Below are positions 1-14,100 of a stretch of 64,000 nucleotides of DNA, piece by piece (within the stretch, counting starts at the first letter, position 1; the number at the start of each line of letters is the position of its first letter). Both the position numbers and the translations under genes were made by a program. The stretch is taken from positions 9,240,001-9,304,000 of the forward strand of contig CM097885.1 of the NCBI GenBank assembly GCA_044892525.1. The letters run 5' to 3'. The stretch is from Schmidtea polychroa. Lineage: Eukaryota. Below the pieces are notes generated by a model. It was not told the origin of the DNA. It worked only from the letters and a program-made list of their open reading frames with translations, and did not search any database.

Positions 1-1499
1 ACCATTATACAGCTGGGGATGGGGGTATTTATGTGAAATGTGAATTATACTTTTACAAGTTTAATATATATATTATATTAATTTGAATTAATATAAATAA
101 TAATCAACCTTAAGATATAAGGGTGGATCAAGATTTTTATGGGTTATTTTGTGAAGGAAAACTACTAACTAGAATAATAACATGTTATAAATAATGAAAT
201 TAAGTGATTATATTTAATATAAAAATGAATAGGAGCATATGTAAAGGTAGATAAAGATTGTAAATATTTATATTTCAAATGAACATTGTTAAGTAGAATA
301 ATAATACTTTATAAGTAATAGAATTAACTGATTTGAGTTAGCCTTAGAATGAATAGCGGTATGTATAGGGTAGATCAAGATTTTACGTAATTTTTTTTAA
401 TTGAACACTGTTAAATAGAATAACAATACTTCATAAATGAAGTATTGTTAGATTAAAAGAGTATCAATGTTTTTATAGAATAGGCATATTTTAGAATTAA
501 TGAAATTCGTAATTTTAATCAAAGATCTTTATAAGAAGATCATTTTATTCGACAAATGGTTATAATCAGAGATAAGTGTATTGTGGCAATTTTGAGTCTG
601 TGGATTTTCCTTCGTTTACAGATCCTAGCGATGTGTATCTCGTGTAGTTTAGATGTAACTTTAGGTATGTTATTTACTTGCGAAAAATAGTAAATTTAAC
701 AAAAAATCTTTGCTTACTTTCGTAGCCACACTGTGCTCACTATGATAAGCCCTATTGTTATGTAAGCAATGCAGCTACAACCGAACCAAAAAGCCCGTTG
801 TAACCGCAAATAGATCAATTTGAAACATATTTATCACCAAACTAAGTTGATCACCACGAAGTATTTTAAAGCAGATACACTACACCGTATACACAGTGCA
901 GTCAACCGCCACTCCGGGTTGGTAAATCATTTTAATTCTTGCATTTGCAGGTTGTGGACCTCATACACTAGCATAGATGCTGGATTGATTGGGATCTCGT
1001 GTTGAAATTGTCAACAACGGGGATCTCAGTCAATTCCTCTACATCACTGATAAAGATTTGAACATAGAAAATAAAAAAATCATCTGTAAACATCATAACT
1101 CATATAGTAATGAAAATCCCTTACTTATAATCTCAGAAAAATCAAGATCAAAATTTTGGCATAAGAGTAAGCATTGAAAAGTGACGAAATGTGTTAGTTC
1201 AAATAGCTTCTGTTTGGTGTGCAAGTGTGCATTAATGCAGTAAAACAAATTCGGATTATTTTAATTCTCGAACATTGTGTTTTATATATTTTTAAACTTA
1301 ATGCTGGGTATGCGTGTTGTGTACTGACACATTTCGTCCCGTTCCTAACTTTGGGTTTAGAAATCTGTTCAAGCCCAACAATTTTTATTTCGCCTCATAT
1401 TTTTCTCAAAACTTCTTTAATTATCCCTCCAATTTATTTTTTCAATAGCATAATTGGCGCCGTTCCTCTTCCCCTAGTTAGACGCCCTGTCGCTGTCTA

Positions 1500-2250
1500 C
1501 TAAGTTCTAAAAAGTTCTAAATGTCATTTTATTAAATTTAGACGCGAAGACCATGTGCTGTACCCCTTGTGTCCATATTTTCAATAAGATAACATAGAAC
1601 TTCAATTACCGATATACATTCATCAAACTTATTTTTCACTGGCTTAACAGCAGCATAATGAGCACCAACATCCCAATGTATTCAATCAAAACATCCCATC
1701 GATGAGTGGAAGCAGCAAAAAATGAAAATATTCCTTCAAAAGTACCAAAAGTTGTAACATGAAGCATTTTCGGCCAAAGACTGTTGGCCACAAAAATTCA
1801 GTAAATGGTCCACGAACCCATTAAAAATTGCTTTCTTATTATTTATTTTCAGAATGGCCTTAACACCTCCATGGATTCCAGGCATTTTGTAGCATTTTTG
1901 TAGCCTTGAGATCTGCACATCATTATGTCAAGTCTGTCGCGTTTTACATTTGTAAGAATATCAGAAATGAGGTCATCAGTTTCTTTTCCCACTTGAAGGG
2001 AAAAATCCATGGAAGACTTCTTTGACTTCAACTTTCCCATTGTGGATTTTCACATATTCGATAACCTTAAATATTTGCTCAGGGTGTGATATATCATGTG
2101 TGCTGTCGAAATTAATTCCAAAATACCTCGCAGATTTTTATCTTTGACAATAATCTCCTTTACTTGATTTCCTAGGACATGTTGGGTCTTAGGTAGTATA
2201 AGTCGGGAACCTCTGACTCCTCGTGTCCTTTTAATCATAACAATCAACTA
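1500..2250 (-). mobile_element. Degraded hAT (ZMYM1/THAP12-like) transposase remnant
   Basis: Broken frames give LDIMMCRSQGY..NA, M.G.HGGV.A.LK.NNKKA.F....H.LN and FFAASTHRWDVL, matching the CRGQxYDxA/CxxH region of hAT transposases. Boundaries approximate. Confidence 0.6.
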
Positions 2251-5099
2251 CCCAACGTATATTTGAATCACAAATATAGATTCTCCTCTCAACAATAAAC
2301 AATCAATAATCAAAGTTAAGTTTGACCGATTCTCTGCTCGGTGTTGATGCTTTGACAAAAGATAATATTCACCTTTTATTTCCTTAAGTTCTCTTGACCA
2401 ACGTTTTCCTTTTTCTTTTTGATTTGATCCTTTTTCACTTTTTCGTATTTCTATTCTATATCTTCATTTTCCTTAATCTCCTTTTTTCGTTTTTACCTTT
2501 CGCCTACTCTCGTTTCTTCTTCTCTATCTGAGGCAAAATGTCGCTTTGCTCTGATTTTCCCATTCCTTTTATACTCTTCGAAATCGGGATGACAAATGGT
2601 TATTGCCGAGCCAATCTGTCACTTGACATTCGACTCCAAATATCTGCTTCGGCTGTCACCTATAATGATCCAACAAACAAAGATAATTAATGGCCCGTCC
2701 GGCCTTTCTGCACGTCCTATCTCCTCCTTGGTCTTTACCCAGTAATCATTGTGTCACGATAATGGGCCAAAATTTTCCTTCTATTTACTTTTCTATTTGT
2801 TTATCCAGCTCGGATTTCCTTCATCTCCCGGGATCTCCATTAGCTCGGGTTTTCTAAATTAGCCAATAAATTAACGTTTTCTGTTTTAACACATTTGTAT
2901 GTATTTCGACCCTTTCCAAACATTTTCTGATAAATCCCTAATCATCCTCTTGTTGACCATATGCTAATCTATACCTGTACCGTTTTCTCAATTCAATTTC
3001 AATGATTTTACAATTTATTGATTTTTCTCGGAATACCGGATTCTTGTCTTTCGCAACTGCTATTGCCATTTCCTAAAACTGCTTCCATCATACTTTCCTT
3101 TACTATCAATTCTGTACATGATCACGATTTTATTTGTCGTCTTCCTTCGCCAACTTTTTATTTGAATTTTCAACCTAAATTTCATTTAAATTTATTTTAA
3201 TTTACTGACCTCAACAGACATTTATTAATTGATTTTACGTTTCTGCTGAAAGGCAAAATACGAATAATTTTACTGTATATGCACTTCAAGGCATCTTCTT
3301 GTAGAACCATTGTTTGGTTAACTTGCGTACGTCTTTTTAAGCCTTTTCATCTTGCTTTGTCACAACACGAGCACTCGGCATACGGAAACGCCTACAAGTC
3401 TATTGATCTATTCTACCTGGTTAATTATCGCATTCGAAAATAGCTCCAAAAGTTTGATCAGACCAGCCCTGAATCTCATTAAAATGAGTTAGAAATGCTC
3501 TGCAAACTGGCACCCTGGTCCAGTTTTGCTATTTAGTCATATATTTATTTAGCTATGATCGGTTATTCGCTTATGAAATAAGACTGGACCGAGCAATGTC
3601 TGCTCTGTAAAATTTGCAATTTTATTTGGTGTCACCCGGTGCGATCCGCAACTGCCACTAGCCTTATTATTATTTTATTATATTAGATTAATAGTATTAA
3701 TTATTGTCATTCTCCTCTTTCATCCGATATAATTAATATTATTTTTATTTACACACAACACAAAAAAATAGTTATGTTACTTTTAGAGCATTTCTATAGT
3801 AAATTTAACCCTCTGATTTCAAATATCTACGTAGTGTTGTGTTAGATTATTACTTTTAACGTTTAATTTATAATTACGACATGCAATCGTTATCATATTA
3901 TGGTTGTGTACATCTCTCATTCATAACTCTTAATGCTTATTTGCCACACTATAAAATCTTATATAACAAAATCAATATATAATATTGACAATTTATCAGT
4001 AGTTTATTATTGATATATTTAAAATAGGAAATTAAGAATTTTATATAAAACTTTTAATATATTAATATTTTGGTTTCTATTTCTACTTTTGTCTCCATAT
4101 TTCATCTCGTTTGTTTATTGTAGCTGTTATCTTTTACTTTTTATTTCTCGAACTCATCCCCCAACTATTCCTTCTCATCACAATCTCATCTGATCTACTC
4201 GGAATTGTTTTAATTTGATTAAAATAACGCTGAAATATTCTTTCTTCCGTTCTACTCTGAAGCTTCATTGTCCAAACATTTATTGTCTCCATATTTTCAT
4301 ATGGTTTAGTATATTTGATTTGAAAACTTTTACGTGTTCGCATTTTACATATATCTGATCTCTTAGCTCTTGTTCATGTTCAATGTATTTTTATTGTAAA
4401 TAATTTTGCTCTACCATGCCTTGTTCGGGTACATTTTAATTTCATCGTGCATTCTTCTCGATTTTATTCAAAATAATTCTTTAAAACGCATTTATATCTT
4501 TATATTTTCATTTTCATTATATTTTCATATTTTGATTTTCATGGATTTCATTTATTGCATATTTAAAAGAAAATATCCTTTTTTGTTTCGTACTTTATTT
4601 ATTTCCTTCTAAAAATTCAAATGCAAAACTGTTTTGGGTTTTACATAACTCGTAAACTTTAGCACGTCAATTTGAAGGTTGCACCGATATCCCGACAACT
4701 TTAACCAATTTTTAACAATTCCTAACCTGCTTTTGCAATTAGACATTTCCTAGTGCTGATTACGATCGGTTTCCTCAATCGTTCAGTAATTAATAAAAAA
4801 TTGATAAAAATAATCAATAAAATTATTAATAAATTTTTTTCCAATTTAACCACTGATTTAGTTTTCCGTTGAATTTATTATTAATAAAATAATCAATGAA
4901 AATATTGATAAAAATAATCAATAAAAATATTGGTAGTATAAATAAGATTAATGAAATAATCAATAAAAATAAAATCAAAGTGGCAAGCCAATGAAATCGC
5001 GCCAAAATTTCCATCCGTAACGTTATCAATAAATAAAAATACAAAAAAACCAATTACAATATTATAAACATCGGCAAATATTTTCTGCAAATGGAATTT

Positions 5100-5620
5100 C
5101 ACGTCATCAATCTCGAGCTCTATCGATCGGGTCGTTTGTTTAAATTCTTCCATTTCCAATTTCGATTACTGCAATTGCGCTCGTCTTCTTACTAATTTCC
5201 ATTGGAAATCCTCGATCGGATTGATTGTGTCCGAGTACCTAGGAAACCGAGTGGATAGAAATATCTCAAACAGATCAATAATAAAAAATAGATGAGTCAT
5301 CGTGCCTGATTTTGTGAACCTAATTACACCGATTACATATAAATTGATAAACGAGATTCGAACACAATCAAACCGGAGTTTGCGATTTACTAACAAACAT
5401 ACAACGTACTTTACACGATTTCGAAACAATTCTATAATTCAATGTACCCAGCTGTAAAGATCTTTCTTTTATAATCGTATCCTTCTTGAAATATATCCTT
5501 CCGAGTACGCAATACCATCGTATATTTTTGCTCATCTTTTTGTTAGCATCAATACTCATATTCACTACATCATTCGACATATCAGTCAATTTACATTCAT
5601 TCATACAACGAATCTAATTT
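5100..5620 (-). mobile_element. Degraded Penelope-like element (GIY-YIG endonuclease remnant)
   Basis: Minus-strand frames read SNLVYQFICNRCN then G.MTHLF, resembling the SNVVYxFxCxxC..Y(I)GxTxxxL GIY-YIG motif; interrupted by stops and frameshifts. Confidence 0.45.
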
Positions 5621-6178
5621 GTATTCTAATTTTTGGATCATTGAAATATCCAATTATCCAATTATGGATCATTCCCAATATTTATAACCATAACGAGATC
5701 ATTAGATCAAAGGCGAAAACCCCACAATTTATGAATACATTATTAACCCGTTAAGTGTTACCCAGTAAAATGTTATTCATGTCTTAAACAATTTTTCTTT
5801 AAAAATTGTATGAAAAATTTTTTATTTTGTGAAAAAGCATTTGAAGAAATTTATAATATTGATTTTATTTGAATTTCCAAGTTTGCTCTGATGATTTTGA
5901 ATTCCTTTCAAATCTGTTCAAATAAATTCTAATTTCAAATTAAATTTTTTATAATATTTATGAACAAACACTGAAATAAATTAACATAATTAATATTTCA
6001 AATTGCGCTCAAAGCTAAAATACAATATTTACAAAATGTTTGTTTATCTACATCAAAATACAAAAGATAAATATTGAAATTGTAAACGTCAGCGGAAATA
6101 ATTAATGTAATAAGTATGATTTATGATTTATGTTGTAAATGTTGAAATATTTTGATAATTTTGTTAATTTTAGATAAA

Positions 6179-7340
6179 ATGTTTGCAAGCGTATGAAGAG
6201 AAATAAATTTGAATTTGATAATGAAATCAGCAATGAATTGATATGCAGAATTTGCAAATGTTTAATGATAACGGCTTGCAATGCTCCTTGCGGTTGTCGC
6301 TTTTGTTCCGATTGCATTGAGCATTATTTGGATGGAAAAGATAAATTATGTCCAGGAGCAGGAAAATATTGTCAAGTTCAAACTATTCTTTTCACTAAAG
6401 ATCTTTCTGTGGATCACGTAGCCAATTTAAAAATATCTGAAGTTATTGTAAAATGCCTAATGCAAAATTGTGAATTGAAAACCGAGTTATGCATGATGGA
6501 GAGCCACATGAGAACATGCAACAAGCAGCCAATCAGATGTCCGTTTAATAGAATTGGAAAGTCCATCTCAATGAGAACAATGAAGCCCATAGCAAATTAT
6601 TGATCGATCAGATCAGTAATTTATGCAATGAAATGCAATCAATGAGAGATGAGAATGTGAAATTGCGTAATGGAATTATCGAATTGAAAGGAGAAATGAC
6701 GCAATTCAAACAACAATTTGATAATATCAATGTAAATTTTATTTGTAATTAATTTATTGATATTTTGTGATTGTAGGTGAAATTGTGCAATTTTGAAAGG
6801 AAAGAGGCTGAGAACAGAGAGGAAATAGAAGAATTGAATGAGGAAATGGTGGCATTGAAGAATGAGAATCGCTCATTGAGAATGGAGATGGATACAAATA
6901 TTGGATCGATCAATCAAGTTTGATTATTGATTTGATTTGTTATTGATTTGTTAATGATGCAAAGCAGATCAGACAGCAAGTTGAGGTGATTGAATCAAAT
7001 TGTCAACAGCAAATTGATGAGATGAAAGAGAAATGCGAGCAGCGGCAGCAACGGAAGAATGAAAAGGTGATTTATTGATTATTTGAAATATTTGAATTTG
7101 AGATTCAGTTGCAGCTTGAAATGGCGAAATGCGCCAATGAAATTCGGTCCACCAAAAAAAGAAAATTAGCAAATGAAAAAAATAAATTACGGATTTTTTG
7201 AATGGGAAATCGATAAATTTTCACAACAAAAGGAAATGAAAATATTTACAGCGAGGCATTTTATTCCGGGCAAATCGGTTACAAAATATGCTTGTGGGTG
7301 TGGATTGTGGATGATTGGGTGTTTGGTGGTTTTGCCGCCA
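6179..7340 (+). pseudogene. TRAF-family pseudogene, paralog of 26399-27903
   Basis: Highly similar to the intact copy with the same introns. Has a 10-bp deletion after the start, a 34-bp frameshifting deletion at ~6558, small indels in the MATH exon, and loses similarity at ~7340. Confidence 0.85.
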
Positions 7341-7551
7341 GTAATAAATGAGAAAATCAATAAAAATTAGCATTATATTGATATGAAATTGAATTATTTA
7401 TTGAACAGCTGTCATTATAAGCATGCAACACACATCATCAGGGGATCTCACAATTGCTGTCATTACCTGATCTATTATATCAATGCGGATCAGATATTAT
7501 GGCAGCCATCTTAGATTTCTATCAGATAATTTATTTGAATTTATTATAATA

Positions 7552-10500
7552 TTGGGCTGGAACCAAGAACTGAGAGTTTGTTTTAATCGATCGAAAATAC
7601 CTAACACAAGACCTGCAAAGTTAAAAAAACTTATGATCAAGGTTTAATATAAAATAAATTACATAACACATTAAGAATCAATAAACCCCGTATAATAGAA
7701 TAAAGAGATAAATAAATTTAACAAAAAAATTGAACACTTAAAAATTTCGATAGAAAAATAATAAAATGTAAAATAGAATTATTTGAAAATTATTTAAACG
7801 ATATAAAAATTAAATCGTCAAAATAATAAAATTAGTTAACATTATGTAACTTATTAAATTTAAAGAATAAAAGTGTTTCAATTAATAAAATTTAAAATAA
7901 CTCAAATTATTTAAATTATAAAATTTATAAAATTAAATTATTAAAATTAATTATTGACACAAATATGACTAAGAGCGCAAACAACAAATCCTCAGTTAAA
8001 CCCGAACCAAACCCCCATTCAATCATGCGATCATTTAAAACAAATTTAGCTGAAAAGAATTTCATATTTCCTTTTATCAACATTAACCTAACTTACTTAC
8101 TCCATCATAACTAAAATTTCAATTTTTGAATTGACAAAAATCCAACCAAACCGAAATTCATTTTATTCCATTCTTTTGATCCTATAGTCAGTGATATACA
8201 CATACATTATCCTATTGATACACAGATTTTTGAATATTTTAGCCAAGAACCTTCTCATCTATCCAACAAGTTAGAAAGATCTTCAATACATTTTTAACAA
8301 CTTCCACGAAACAGATTGACCAGATTATTAATTCCACAAGAAGGGTAACTGATTTTTTTTCTTACGACTAGACAAAGAGTAAAAGTTATTTTTACGCGGC
8401 AATTTAAAGAAATCTGCATTATTTTATTTTGAAATTCTTGGTTTTATCATGCATATTTTTTCCTTAAAGATAGCTACAATCGAATAATTAATTTCACGAT
8501 GCCGCACACACACGTGTTGCAGTGGGCACTCACAGCAATGGAGAGTGGAGAATAAAAAAAATAAAAACAAATAAAATAAAGTAAAACTGTAGGTAATTCC
8601 ATTTTCCTAAATAATTTTTAGTTTTAAAATTTTCTAATTTTATGGTTGCCAAAATAATTTTACTACAATATAAATTTTACTCAAATATAATTACTAAACT
8701 ATATTTAATTTTGAATTCTCTTAATTTATTGTTTTCATGTTTATAAAATTTTTCGTTTTGTTATTAACGTTAGGTTTTAGATTGAAAGTCATTTTTGATC
8801 TCGAAATTTTGTTGTTAGTATTGGCTTTTGACAAAGACGATTTTTATTGATAAATTCAGGCTGAGCCCCCAAAAATCATGTTGGTTACTTAGGGGTGTCA
8901 TTTTAAATTTTAAATACGTTAGGGTTAATCATAGGTATTCACTCGACTCTTTCCTAAGTACGTCCACGGCTATTGTACTTTAACCATTTATGTACTTTTA
9001 TATTTTATTCAACTATGGTCTTCATTTCTGGATGTTTTCCATTGTTCCTTTCCAAAATTTTGTGCAGGGATGTGCCTTTATTTTCCTATCATAAATCATT
9101 ATGGGTTTTTTTATAATATTTGCGGATAATTTATTTCCCAGTCGATAAATTTCGTTCCATATTTTCGGCAGTTCTTATGAAAAATGTAACTTAATTTTTC
9201 AAAAAGTTGATTAATAAACATGTTCCCACACTTCTCATAAAAGTTTGAGCAGGGATCTGCCTGTATTTCTAATCCTGGACTATCGGATATCTTAACTATT
9301 CGTGGTTTCTATAGAAATCTACTTCATCTACTGACAACAGTTCACAACTATCCTATTATTTCTCCTAACTCAGTGATATCTATGAAATTAAAAGTGACTG
9401 AGCCACTCTATTCTATCTAGACCTAAACAAGGCCCTAAACTATCCGATGGACCAAACTGACGAAACATCTGCTGACCAACGACATGAATTTCATCAGTTC
9501 ACAACTATTCCACTGAATCTAGAGCATCGGCACATAAATTTATTATAAATCAATTCAACTACAATTATTATTATATTATAACCGGGTCAAAATAAATAAG
9601 ATATTTATTGTTAAAATATTACCAAAAATTAACTTCTATTTAAAATTTTATTAATTCATAAAATTATATAACATTACACTTAACGAACAACAGAAAAATA
9701 AAAAAATAAAATATCAATATAAATGGAAAACAACTTCAATTTAAAAATTTTTATTAAAAAAATTTTTAGATAATATTAAACCTAACAAAATTACATCTAA
9801 CATACAAAAAATTAAATTTACTTTACCGCGATGGCATACACCGAAAATTGAGAGCTCCTGATAACGTCTGGTGAATTTTTGATTGCTCAAGTTGAACAAG
9901 TTTAACCAGTTGTTAAACTGAAATTTCAATCCGTATTTATACTGATTGAATTGTACACCTACGCATTCTCTGCTACTATGTCCAATTAGAATGCGAGGCA
10001 ATTCTGATTAATTTTTGCATGCATGCATGAATGTGTGCAATTGTTTAATTTTTAATTTAATAAATTTAATTAATCAAAATTCTATTTATATTAATTTTTA
10101 AGATTAATTTTTATAATTCTATAATTTAAATAGTTTTTGCTAATTTTAATTTAGTTTTTCAAGTTTTATAATTTAAATAAGTTTAGTTAATTTTATTTTA
10201 GTTTCATTAATTTAAACAATTTGATTTTATAAATTTTTATAATTTATCTAATTTTACTACTTTATTCTACTTTTTATCATTTTACCAGTTTACTAGATAA
10301 TTTATTTTAAATTTATTTATTTTGAATTTTTCATATTATTAATTAATTTATTGCCCATTACTTTATTTATTATTATTTTATTTTATTTTTTTTGTTGTTA
10401 GCTATTCCGAATACGATGTTTCTCCTAATTGTGTTAGTGATTGTGACCTTTTTTTGCCTTCCTTTATTTTATTACCCAGGTCTTATTTATCATCAATGTG

Positions 10501-10613
10501 TTATGTACTTTAATTTGTATTGATTGGTGTTTTAATTAAACTTGGTGAGATTTTTATGTTATATATTTTTGATTCATTAAAACAAGCTCTCAATTATCGG
10601 TTCTAGCCGAACA
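7552..10613. repeat. Degenerate inverted repeat pair (~7552-7710 and ~10455-10613), an old TIR element or two inverted LTR fragments
   Basis: TTGGGCTGGAACCAAGAACTGAGAGTTTGTTTTAATCG at 7552 aligns with the reverse complement ending at 10613 (TGTTCGGCTAGAACCGATAATTGAGAGCTTGTTTTAATG); similarity continues through TACATAACACATT. Confidence 0.45.
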
Positions 10614-10704
10614 TCACTCTGTTATCAAAATTTGATTTAAATAATTTTGGAAGATATTTAAAAATATTAATTTGGTTTTAACAAAAATTTTGGAAATTAA
10701 GTTA

Positions 10705-10795
10705 CAAATAAATAAGAAAAAAAATGAAAAATTAACATTAGACGAATTTCAAATCTCAATTTAATCTAAAAACCAATATTTATAAAATGTTTGTT
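10705..10795 (+). repeat. Left copy of the 91-bp direct duplication flanking the Polinton
   Basis: Identical to 25776-25866 (CAAATAAATAAG...AAAATGTTTGTT). Confidence 0.92.
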
Positions 10796-11118
10796 AATCT
10801 ATGCACCCCAGCACCCCCACCCTCAAAAAAAACAGCGCTATTGACCCATATTTTCCACATTTATATGCTTTTTTACCCCATATTCTTCACTTTTTTTAAC
10901 TTTTAAACTTTGTCCCCTATTGCCATTAACCCTTAATTTCTGCCCTTAAAAGTAAAAAAGTTCGGAATAGATGTATTTATAGATTAGTAATTCCGAGAAA
11001 AGGTAACGGGGTGCATAGATTCCTCACTACTTGGTCTTAAGGATTTAATGTTATAAGGATTTAATGTTATAAGAATATCAGATTACCTAATTCATAATGA
11101 TCTAGGTCGCCTGATCAC
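10796..11118 (+). repeat. Left TIR of the Polinton, missing the terminal 10 bp AGTAGTGAGG
   Basis: Reverse complement of 25445-25765 apart from one substitution and a 2-bp indel. Contains a 16-bp tandem repeat (TAAGGATTTAATGTTA x2). Confidence 0.95.
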
Positions 11119-11191
11119 TTTTAGATTTAAAAAAAATAAAAATTAATATCAAAACCAAAACATCGTATCCAACCAAAAGATTCTTTTAAAA

Positions 11192-14100
11192 ATGGAAGCT
11201 ATTTTCAATTGTGAAATTTGTGAAAAAAATTTTAAAAATAAAACTGCTTTAACATCTCATAAAAAATCAAAAGACCATTTAATAAAAGCTAACACACTAG
11301 ATGACACTAATTCCAAAATCTGTACTAAATGTAAGGATAGATATTTATTTTCAGGTTATAAGAAGCATTTTAAAAATTGTATTGGAGTTCCTAAAAACAG
11401 AGAAATATTCGAATGTTCAGCATGTGGAAAAACGATGAGGATAAAATCTTTTTACTTAAGACACATAGAAGATTGTGGTCTTGAAGCAAAAGATTCTGAT
11501 TCAAACTCAATGACTGAAAAAGCTGAAAAACTAGAGTTTAATTGGGATGACTTCAATCACACCGATGTAATTGCAGAAGTAAAACGAGGACCCAGATCAA
11601 TCATGCAATATATAAGAGAAAATAAAAAAAAAATAATATCATCAATGGATGATGCTATAAAAAAATTTGGTAGATCAAGATTTAATGTTATAAAAGTTAA
11701 ATTTACAGGAAATGCAAAATACTGGAGAGGAGATGATTCGATCGCAATGCCTCTAGATGTAAAAATTGAAACCTCATATAAATATTTATTTTCTACAAAA
11801 GCAGGAAATAAACTTGTTAATGATATAGCTAAAGAATTGGAAGAAAAACAAGAACAGGTGGAACAAGAACTAGGAGAATCTAATTTAAGATTCCACTCTT
11901 TTCAAAATATAGAGATTGAATACTGGAGAGGCGCACCACCAAATCCTAAATCTTTTATTCACACACCATTCACCTCCAACCATGTTATAAATGTACAGAA
12001 TAAAGATAATAAATGTTTTCAATGGTCAATACTTGCACACTTACATCCTCAAGCAACTAACCCACAGAGAGTTCAAAAATATGAAGAATATGAATCTGAA
12101 TTAATTTATCCAAAAGATTTTTCCCACCCAATGAAAATTGAAGATGTTCCAGCATTTGAAAAATTAAATAATCTTAAAATTAATATTTATCAATTCATTC
12201 CAACCAAAATTACAAAAACTAGAAAAAATAAAAATTATAAACACATTATTCCTATTTACATTTTTAACATGGAAATCTCAGATGAAAAGAGAGAAGTAGA
12301 TCTTTTAATATTAGAAGAAGGTAAACCAGATGAAGACTTTGATGGAGAAGAATATGGTGAAGAGGTTCAAAGCGTTCACCCGAGGAGAGAAGCAGAAGAA
12401 GGCATTTCATTAGAACCAGAAGCAGAAAGCACTGCGTCCGGAGGCACTATGTTAGATAAAAAACTTCATTATATCTTAATAAAGAATTTTCAAAGTTTTA
12501 TGAAAGGAAACACACTCATTCGTGGAGGCATATGTTGTAAAAGATGTTTATATCATTCAAGTTCAAAACTTGCTGCTATTAAACATGAGAGACTCTGTTG
12601 TAAGAATCAACCTGCTTTAATAAAAATGCCACACAAGAAAAATGCTAATATGAGGTTTAAAAACTATTCCAATCTATTAGAAGCATTGGGAGTGGTTTAT
12701 TGTGATTTTGAAGCTATAAATGTAAAACTAAGACGAACAAAAACTAATACTGTAAAACTAACAAAACAATTACCCTCTGCTTATAAAATGTTTTTTAAAA
12801 GTAATTATCCAGAACTTGTAGAATCTAGAGAATATTCATTTAGAGGAACTTCTGACAAAGAGACTCTAGATCATTTTGTTAAAACTTTAAATAATCTAGA
12901 ACATGAATTATATATAATATTAAAATCCAACTTTCCTATGAATTTTTCAGAAGAACAAGAGGAAGAATATAAAAATGCAACACACTGCTGGATGTGTAAA
13001 CAAGAGTTTGAGGATGAGGAGCCAAAGGTTGCAGACCATGATCATTTTAAAAGAGAAAATAATTACAGAGGAGCAGCCCATAAAAAATGTAATCTCAATT
13101 GTAAAAAACCAACACACATACCATTTATATTTCACAATCTTTTTGGCTATGATATTCACCTATTCATTAAGCATCTGGCCGCAAATGCTAAAAACTCTTT
13201 CAAGGTTATTGGACTTACAAAAGAAAAATATAAAAGCATTCAATATGGATGCTTTAAGTTTTTGGACTCGTTAAATTTCTTAGGGATGTCTTTGGATGGG
13301 ATTGCTAAAACTATGAACCCTGAGGATTTTAAATATACAAAAGAACATGTGTTATTAAAAAACAATATTCCATTAGAGGAATATAATACCTGTCTAGCAA
13401 AAGGAATCTATCCATATGATTATATAGACTCCTTTGAAAAATATAATGAATTACTCCCACCCCAAGAAGATTTCTTTTCTGTTTTAACACAATCAGGGAT
13501 TTCTGATCAGGAATATTCCCGTGCAGTTAAAATGTGGAATCTATTCAACTGTAGAAACCTTGGAGAATATACTGACATGTATCTTTCCTTGGATGTTTAT
13601 ATCTTAGCTGATTGCTTCGAGACATTTTCAAAAGCTTTTGAATTAAAACCTTATAATTATATAACCGCTCCCTCTCTAGCTTGGGATATATTATTATATA
13701 CCATATGGACTGATGAAGATGTAGCAGTAAGAAATAAAACTATTGAATTATTAGTTGAGCTTGATATGTTTAATGTATATAAACATAATATTAGAGGAGG
13801 TATTTCTTCAGTACAAGGGAATAGAGAAATAAATGCTAATAATTTTACAACTCTTTATCCTAAATTTTTCAAAGATCCTGATGCTCTATATGTAGAAATA
13901 ACAAACCCAGAAGATCGTAAGGAAATAATGGAAGGTCTTTCTAATCCTTCTGAAATAATGTATATAGATGCAACAGCTTTATATGCGGGAGTAATGACTC
14001 AATACCTTCCAATTGGCAAGTTCACCTGGGAAGAGCCCACTGAGGAATTAATACAAGAAATTCTAAAAACACCAAAAGATTCTCAATTTGGATATGTCAT

